DNA of 64,000 bases from an uncultured Bacteroidales bacterium (GTDB taxonomy: Bacteria; Bacteroidota; Bacteroidia; Bacteroidales; VadinHA17), in assembly GCA_963737255.1 (NCBI GenBank), contig CAVTSB010000010.1, positions 71,492-135,491 of the forward strand, read 5' to 3'. The notes beneath the pieces are model-generated. The model did no database searches. It was given only the letters and a program-made list of their open reading frames with translations, and was not told the origin of the DNA. Each line of letters begins with the position of its first letter. The stretch's first letter is position 1. Positions 58,535 through 64,000 of the stretch are shown here, piece by piece. The position numbers were made by a program, and so were the translations under genes.

Positions 58535-59065
58535 ATGAACACGATTTTCTACATATCAGCAGCAACAGCCTTACTCTCTTCAATTCTTGCCATTACCAAC
58601 CGCAACGCGATTCATGCACTCCTTTACCTTATCATCTCGCTGCTGTCGATTTCAGTGATATTTTACATCCTTGGTGCGCATCTTATTGCCGCTCTTGAAG
58701 TTATTGTTTATGCAGGCGCAATAATGGTTCTTTTCATTTTTGTAGTCATGATGCTGAACATCGGCATGGAAGAAGAGACTGAAAAGAAATGGCTTACTCC
58801 TGGAATGTGGATAGTTCCGGCCATTCTTGCTTCAGTATTGCTGGTTATTTTCATTTATGTCCTTAAGGCATTTGAATATGAACGGGCAGCTACAGAGATC
58901 ATTGGTCCCAAACAGGTGGGAGTGTCGCTCTTCACCACTTATCTTCTGGCGGTTGAGATAGCGGGGATACTACTGATGGCAGGCATTGTTGGAGGATATC
59001 ATCTTGGTAAGCAAAAGAAAAAAGTTATTCACAGATTTATGGTAAAGGATGGGGAGCGGAAATAA
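58535..59065 (+). CDS. nuoJ: NADH-quinone oxidoreductase subunit J
   Basis: 176 aa with five TM helices. AALEVIVYAGAIMVLFIFVVMML is the typical NuoJ core. Confidence 0.9.
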   Translation: MNTIFYISAATALLSSILAITNRNAIHALLYLIISLLSISVIFYILGAHLIAALEVIVYAGAIMVLFIFVVMMLNIGMEEETEKKWLTPGMWIVPAILASVLLVIFIYVLKAFEYERAATEIIGPKQVGVSLFTTYLLAVEIAGILLMAGIVGGYHLGKQKKKVIHRFMVKDGERK

Positions 59066-59140
59066 ATAGAAACAGGTGGAAATATTGAAAATCAGAAGTA
59101 TAAGAACATGAGTACATTAGGACAGTAAGAAGATGAGATT

Positions 59141-59476
59141 ATGGTGACAATATCGATGGAAATACAGATTTTATTTGCTGCCTTGCTTTTTCTGATCGGG
59201 TTGATTGGTTTTCTGGTTCGCAGGAATATTATATTCATGCTGATGTCGATCGAGATCATGCTTAACAGCGCTGCGCTGGTGTTTGTTATAGCGGGTGCAC
59301 ACTGGCTTCAGGCCGACGGACAGGTTATGTTCATTTTTATACTTACTGTTTCGGCTGCCGAAGTATCAGTCGGACTGGCGCTTATTCTTCAGATGTACCA
59401 CCATTTCAAGACTCTTGATGCCGACGCCCTGAGAAAATTGCGCGACAGCAGGGAAAATGAAGATATACCGCAATGA
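59141..59476 (+). CDS. nuoK: NADH-quinone oxidoreductase subunit K
   Basis: 111 aa. LVRRNIIFMLMSIEIMLNSAALVFV...AAEVSVGLALILQ is present. An alternative start is MEIQ at 59156. An ATGA overlap links it to nuoL. Confidence 0.92.
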   Translation: MVTISMEIQILFAALLFLIGLIGFLVRRNIIFMLMSIEIMLNSAALVFVIAGAHWLQADGQVMFIFILTVSAAEVSVGLALILQMYHHFKTLDADALRKLRDSRENEDIPQ

Positions 59477-61344
59477 GAATCCTGATACCGCTGATACCTG
59501 CCATTCCCCTCCTGAGCTTTCTGATAATCGCTCTGGCAGGCAGGTTTATTTCCAAAAAGGCGGTTGGAGCCATTGGTACGGGATCGGTCATTTTTTCTGC
59601 CCTAATTACAATTGCTGCAGGGCTATATTTCCTGTCATCAGATGAGGAGGGAGCGGTCACATCATCTGTTTATTCATGGATCAATACCGGGGGCTTTTCT
59701 GCCGGAATTTCATTTCTTCTTGATCCGCTGTCGCTTGTATTTTGTTTCGTAATAACTTTTGTCGGAGCGCTCATCCATCTCTACTCGATTGAATTTATGA
59801 GAGATGATGACGGATTCAGGCGCTTTTTTGCTTATATGAACCTCTTTGTGGGTTCAATGCTGATACTTGTACTGGCCGACAATTTGCTTCTCCTATACCT
59901 GGGATGGGAAGGAGTGGGGTTGTGCAGTTATCTTCTGATCGGATTCTGGTATAAGGAGCCTGAAAATGGCTATGCTGCCAGAAAGGCATTTATTGTAACA
60001 AGGATAGGCGATACAGCAATGATCCTTGGGCTTTTCCTGCTGCTTATCAGTTTCGGAACTTTGAATATACAGGATCTGATGCAGCAGGCTTCCGGGAGAT
60101 GGGCTGCCGGGTCACCGCTGGCAGTTATTTCTGCCGTGCTGCTCCTGGGCGGTGCGCTGGGAAAATCAGCCCAGCTGCCTCTTCAGACCTGGCTTCCCGA
60201 CGCCATGGCAGGGCCGTCGCCTGTCAGCGCTTTGATCCATGCTGCCACTATGGTAACTGCAGGCGTATATTTGATTACCAGGACGCATGTACTCTTTACG
60301 CTTGCCCCTGTTGTAATGACGGCAATTGCCGTAATCGGTGCCATAACCCTGCTGATTGCAGGCTTCAGCGCCCTGGCCCAGCACGACCTGAAACGCGTCC
60401 TGGCCTATTCGACGATCAGCCAGATCGGGTATATGTTCCTTGCAATGGGGATCGGTGCCTGGTCGGCGGCTGTTTTCCACTTTATGATCCACGCTTTTTT
60501 TAAAGCTCTTCTTTTTCTCTCTGCCGGGGCAGTAATACATCTTCTCCACCACGAACACGATATGTTCAGGATGGGCGGTTTACACAAAAAAATGCCATTA
60601 ATCTTTTACACCTTCCTGACAGGTGCCGCATCCCTTTCGGCACTGCCTCTGATTACTGCCGGATTCTACAGCAAGGATCAGATCCTGTGGTTTGGCTGGA
60701 CTTCCGCTTCAAGCAGCCACTGGCTTTGGCTGGCAGGCATTACCGGGGCTCTGCTCACTTCATTGTATACATTCAGGATGGTCTTCATTACATTTTATGG
60801 AGAACTTAAGACTGAACCACATGAAAAAGCGGGGGCACTCATGACAGCCCCATTAATAATCCTGGCGATACTCTCTGCTGCAGGTGGTTTTATTGAATTG
60901 CCTGAAAATTTCGGACCGGTTCACCTGTTTTCAAGGTTGTTTGAAACTGTCCTTCCCTCAGTTGCAATAGAGGAAGGAAGTTCAGAATTGATATTCCAGA
61001 TCGTGTCAGCCGTGATAACCCTGGGCGGAATTTACCTGGCATACCTGCTTTTTTTCAGGAATTCGCCAATAGTAAAAAGGATAAGGGGTACCCGGTTAAG
61101 TGATTTCTTTTATTCAGGATGGGGATTTGACTGGCTATACAACTTCCTGTTTGTCAAGCCTGTAGTATGGTTTTCCGAAGTTGACAGGAAAGATTTTATT
61201 GATGCCGTCTACACTTCCATTGCAAGAATGACAGGGTATTTCAACGTACTCATAAGCAGGTCACAGAACGGGAAATTGAGGTGGTATGTCCTGTTTCTCA
61301 CGGCGGGTATTACTGTATTGCTTGTTGTTATATTAAGCTTATGA
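59473..61344 (+). CDS. nuoL: NADH-quinone oxidoreductase subunit L
   Basis: 623 aa antiporter-like subunit with LLYLGWEGVGLCSYLLIGFWY and KSAQLPLQTWLPDAMAGPSPVSALIHAATMVTAGVYL. Confidence 0.97.
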   Translation: MRILIPLIPAIPLLSFLIIALAGRFISKKAVGAIGTGSVIFSALITIAAGLYFLSSDEEGAVTSSVYSWINTGGFSAGISFLLDPLSLVFCFVITFVGALIHLYSIEFMRDDDGFRRFFAYMNLFVGSMLILVLADNLLLLYLGWEGVGLCSYLLIGFWYKEPENGYAARKAFIVTRIGDTAMILGLFLLLISFGTLNIQDLMQQASGRWAAGSPLAVISAVLLLGGALGKSAQLPLQTWLPDAMAGPSPVSALIHAATMVTAGVYLITRTHVLFTLAPVVMTAIAVIGAITLLIAGFSALAQHDLKRVLAYSTISQIGYMFLAMGIGAWSAAVFHFMIHAFFKALLFLSAGAVIHLLHHEHDMFRMGGLHKKMPLIFYTFLTGAASLSALPLITAGFYSKDQILWFGWTSASSSHWLWLAGITGALLTSLYTFRMVFITFYGELKTEPHEKAGALMTAPLIILAILSAAGGFIELPENFGPVHLFSRLFETVLPSVAIEEGSSELIFQIVSAVITLGGIYLAYLLFFRNSPIVKRIRGTRLSDFFYSGWGFDWLYNFLFVKPVVWFSEVDRKDFIDAVYTSIARMTGYFNVLISRSQNGKLRWYVLFLTAGITVLLVVILSL

Positions 61345-62888
61345 TCCTTTTGTACCTGATATTGATCTTAATGGCAGGCGGAATTATTGCCTGGATCATC
61401 GGCAAACGGAATCCACTGACGGCCAGAATAATTTCACTGCTCACTGTGGCAACTGATCTTGCCCTTCTGTTAGCTTTGTCCTTCCGGTACGGTTCAGTCA
61501 GTGAGACGGAATGGCTGCTTGAATATTCAGCCCTCTGGGTGCACAGGTTTGGGATCGGAATCCATCTCGCACTTGACGGTCTGAGTCTGTTGATGCTTTT
61601 CCTTACATTAATTATTGGGCTGCTTGCCATACTGATATCATGGAATGAGATTAAAGTTGATCCGGGTTTCTTCCATTTCAATATTCTTTGGATATTATCA
61701 GGAATTACGGGAGTATTTCTTTCAATTGACCTGTTTCTATTCTATTTCTTCTGGGAGGTGATGCTTATCCCGATGTATTTCCTCATTTTGATCTGGGGAC
61801 ATGAAAACCGTGTTTACGCCTCCTACAAATTTTTCATTTTTACCCAGGCCAGCGGTCTGATGATGTTTCTGGCGATCCTGGGGCTATACCTGGTCCATGG
61901 AAAAAACACCGGAGTATATACTTTTGATTATCAGCAGCTTTTGGGAACAAACATGACACCGTCGATGGAAATGCTCCTGATGGGAGGATTCCTTGCCGCG
62001 TTCCTTGTAAAGCTGCCGGCTTTCCCCTTCCATAACTGGCTGCCTGATGCCCATACCGAAGCGCCGACGGCAGGAAGCCTGATCCTTGCTTCACTGATGC
62101 TGAAAACCGGGGCTTACGGACTTATCAGGTTTGCAGTTCCTCTCTTTCCTGATGCTTCACGGATTTTTGCCCCGGTTGGAATGTTTCTTGGAGTAGCCGG
62201 TATCCTATATGGTGCAAAACTAGCCTATGCACAAACTGACCTGAAGCGCCTGGTGGCCTACACAAGCGTCAGCCACATGGGTTTTGTGATCCTGGGGGTA
62301 TATGCCTTCAATGAGATGGCGTACCAGGGAGTTGTGATGCAGATGATAGCGCACGGAATAAGTACTGGAGCCCTGTTCATTATCGTGGGACAGCTGTATG
62401 AGAGGCTACATACACGAGACCTGAATAAAATGGGAGGGTTGTGGGCGAAGTTCCCTGCCATGGGAGCAATGGGACTTATATTCTCAATGGCTTCACTGGG
62501 TCTTCCCGGTCTGGGGAATTTTGTCGCTGAATTCCTGACTCTGGCAGGGGCTTTTAAGGCAAGCATACTCTTTGCTTCGCTTGCAAGCCTTGGATTGATT
62601 GCCGCCACCATATATTCACTCAGGATACTTCAGAAGGTTTTTTATGGAAGGACAGGGATTGAAACCACTGTTAAGGATCTCTCGGTTCGTGAATCGGTAG
62701 TGCTTGGCTCGCTGGTTCTGGCCATAGTATTTACCGGATTGTACCCCCAGCCGGTAATTGACCGGGCACGACCTGCAATTGAAAAGACGATTAACCGGGA
62801 AACATCATCCGGTGCCAAAGAGACAAAACCGGTTTTAGTCCCTGACCCGGTTCCGCCCCTGACTGAACTGAGGGAAGTTGTTGAATAA
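61341..62888 (+). CDS. nuoM: NADH-quinone oxidoreductase subunit M
   Basis: The track ORF 61281 is extended at the 5' end. The ATG at 61341 (ATGA overlap with the nuoL stop) gives MILLYLILILMAGGIIAWIIG. It has FPFHNWLPDAHTEAPTAGSLILASLMLKTGAYGL. Confidence 0.95.
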   Translation: MILLYLILILMAGGIIAWIIGKRNPLTARIISLLTVATDLALLLALSFRYGSVSETEWLLEYSALWVHRFGIGIHLALDGLSLLMLFLTLIIGLLAILISWNEIKVDPGFFHFNILWILSGITGVFLSIDLFLFYFFWEVMLIPMYFLILIWGHENRVYASYKFFIFTQASGLMMFLAILGLYLVHGKNTGVYTFDYQQLLGTNMTPSMEMLLMGGFLAAFLVKLPAFPFHNWLPDAHTEAPTAGSLILASLMLKTGAYGLIRFAVPLFPDASRIFAPVGMFLGVAGILYGAKLAYAQTDLKRLVAYTSVSHMGFVILGVYAFNEMAYQGVVMQMIAHGISTGALFIIVGQLYERLHTRDLNKMGGLWAKFPAMGAMGLIFSMASLGLPGLGNFVAEFLTLAGAFKASILFASLASLGLIAATIYSLRILQKVFYGRTGIETTVKDLSVRESVVLGSLVLAIVFTGLYPQPVIDRARPAIEKTINRETSSGAKETKPVLVPDPVPPLTELREVVE

Positions 62889-62900
62889 TGCTATATTATT

Positions 62901-64000
62901 ATGACGAGAATTGATTTCCTGTGTCTGGCCCCCTTACTCATAGTTGCAACAGCGCCTATCGTCATAATGCTCACCGTCGCGATTAAAAGGAACTTCAGGG
63001 TTGTCTGCATTTTCTCTCTGCTTATGTTTATTCTTGCTTTTCTTTCGCTCTTCCTTGTGTTGCCTCACACCACCAGGCATTTTTATCCCTTGCTTTTGTT
63101 TGATAATTACAGTCTGCTTTTCCTTGGTATAATTTATTTTACGAGTATTGTCGTCACAATGCTTTCATATGGGTATCTCAAACAACAAGGCGGGGAGCGC
63201 GAAGAATACTTCATAGTGTTGTTTGTTGCAGTACTGGGAGCTTCAGTACTGGTTACGGCTGAGCATTTTGTTTCATTTTTTCTGGGACTTGAAACCCTGA
63301 GTATCTCACTGTACATACTGGTAGCCTATCTGCGATCGCGCGATCAATGCATTGAAGCAGGGGTGAAGTTCCTGGTCATTGCATCGCTGGCCACGGCTTT
63401 TTTGCTTTTCGGGATGGGACTGGTCTATGCCGGAACAGGGACCATGAACTTTCGTGAAATATCTCCTGAAGAAAATACCGGTGCGATACCGCCATTAATG
63501 CTTGCAGGGTTCGGGTTAATGCTTGCCGGAATAGGTTTTAAACTGGCAGTTGTTCCCTTTCACATGTGGACGCCGGATATATACGAGGGTGCTCCGGTTC
63601 CTGTTACAACATTCATTGCAACAATTTCAAAAGGTGCGGTTCTGGCCCTTGGTTTAAGATTTTTCATCGACACACGAAGCTATGAAAACGGCCAGCTTGT
63701 AATTGTCATATCACTAATTTCAATCCTGTCGATGTTTACAGGAAACCTCCTGGCGTTGAGGCAGGTTAATCTGAAGAGGCTGCTGGCCTATTCTTCGATC
63801 GCCCACCTGGGTTATCTGCTCATTCCTCTGCTAACGGGGACCAGGGCAGGAGTAGAGTCCGCTGTTTTTTACCTTGCCGCATATGTTATTACAACCCTGG
63901 GGGCATTTGGAGTAATATCAGCACTGTCGGTAAGTGACAGGGATGCCGATGATATAAATGACCTGAAAGGTTTGTTCCACCGCGATCCGCTTATTGCAGG
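62901..64000 (+). CDS. nuoN: NADH-quinone oxidoreductase subunit N (3' end truncated by window edge)
   Basis: This ORF is absent from the ORF track because it has no stop inside the window. My own translation from ATG 62901 reads MTRIDFLCLAPLLIVATAPIVIML...FLGLETLSISLYILVAY...GFKLAVVPFHMWTPDIYEGAPVPVTTFIAT...LKRLLAYSSIAHLGY. Confidence 0.9.
   Translation, partial: MTRIDFLCLAPLLIVATAPIVIMLTVAIKRNFRVVCIFSLLMFILAFLSLFLVLPHTTRHFYPLLLFDNYSLLFLGIIYFTSIVVTMLSYGYLKQQGGEREEYFIVLFVAVLGASVLVTAEHFVSFFLGLETLSISLYILVAYLRSRDQCIEAGVKFLVIASLATAFLLFGMGLVYAGTGTMNFREISPEENTGAIPPLMLAGFGLMLAGIGFKLAVVPFHMWTPDIYEGAPVPVTTFIATISKGAVLALGLRFFIDTRSYENGQLVIVISLISILSMFTGNLLALRQVNLKRLLAYSSIAHLGYLLIPLLTGTRAGVESAVFYLAAYVITTLGAFGVISALSVSDRDADDINDLKGLFHRDPLIA

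Noticed and set aside
61281-61340. 5' extensions of track ORFs: nuoM from 61281, the C10 protein from 37336, sulfatase 2 from 18114, the VOC gene from the TTG at 32482, and the TonB receptor from 4231.
   Set aside because: In each case an internal ATG gives a proper signal peptide, or the canonical N-terminus, or an ATGA overlap with the preceding gene. The extension overlaps the upstream gene or non-coding DNA.

Overview
This 64-kb segment reads like a Bacteroidota chromosome from an anaerobic, glycan-degrading organism. Supporting signs are a TonB-dependent receptor, a T9SS C-terminal sorting domain, TAnnTTTG-type -7 promoter boxes, and Ser-type sulfatases with a radical-SAM maturase. All family calls below rest on motifs read by eye, because no search could be run.

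Layout:
1. 0.15-7.0 kb: minus-strand cluster of three paralogous PQQ-like beta-propeller genes around a TonB-dependent receptor. All three propeller genes are frame-disrupted.
2. 7.2-13.3 kb: beta-barrel-like ORF, frameshifted type-B carboxylesterase, alpha/beta hydrolase, AraC regulator, and a fourth, intact propeller gene.
3. 13.8-16.6 kb: asnB and a phosphotriesterase-family hydrolase.
4. 16.7-26.1 kb: six tandem Ser-type sulfatase genes. Five are riddled with frameshifts and carry two in-frame stops; one is intact. The intact anaerobic sulfatase maturase lies at 33.7-35.1 kb.
5. 26.2-31.9 kb: a CBM9/DUF5916-like protein and an ECF sigma / anti-sigma / 2x DUF4097 operon.
6. 32-37 kb: a hairpin repeat element, a VOC protein, two cold-shock-domain genes and a TAT-exported Gfo/Idh/MocA oxidoreductase.
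7. 37.4-41.1 kb: a 1246-aa T9SS cargo combining C10 peptidase, FISUMP, PPC, Ig-like and PKD modules.
8. 41.2-46.7 kb: the most unusual locus. A TPR-SpoIIE (PP2C) phosphatase is translationally coupled to an uncharacterised membrane protein with CorA-like topology. It is divergent from one gene that fuses DUF4145-like, SiaB-like kinase and SiaC-like (DUF1987) modules.
9. 46.8-64.0 kb: acnA and an E. coli-type nuoA-N operon with fused nuoCD; nuoN is cut by the window end.

I found no rRNA, tRNA, CRISPR array, transposase or integrase.
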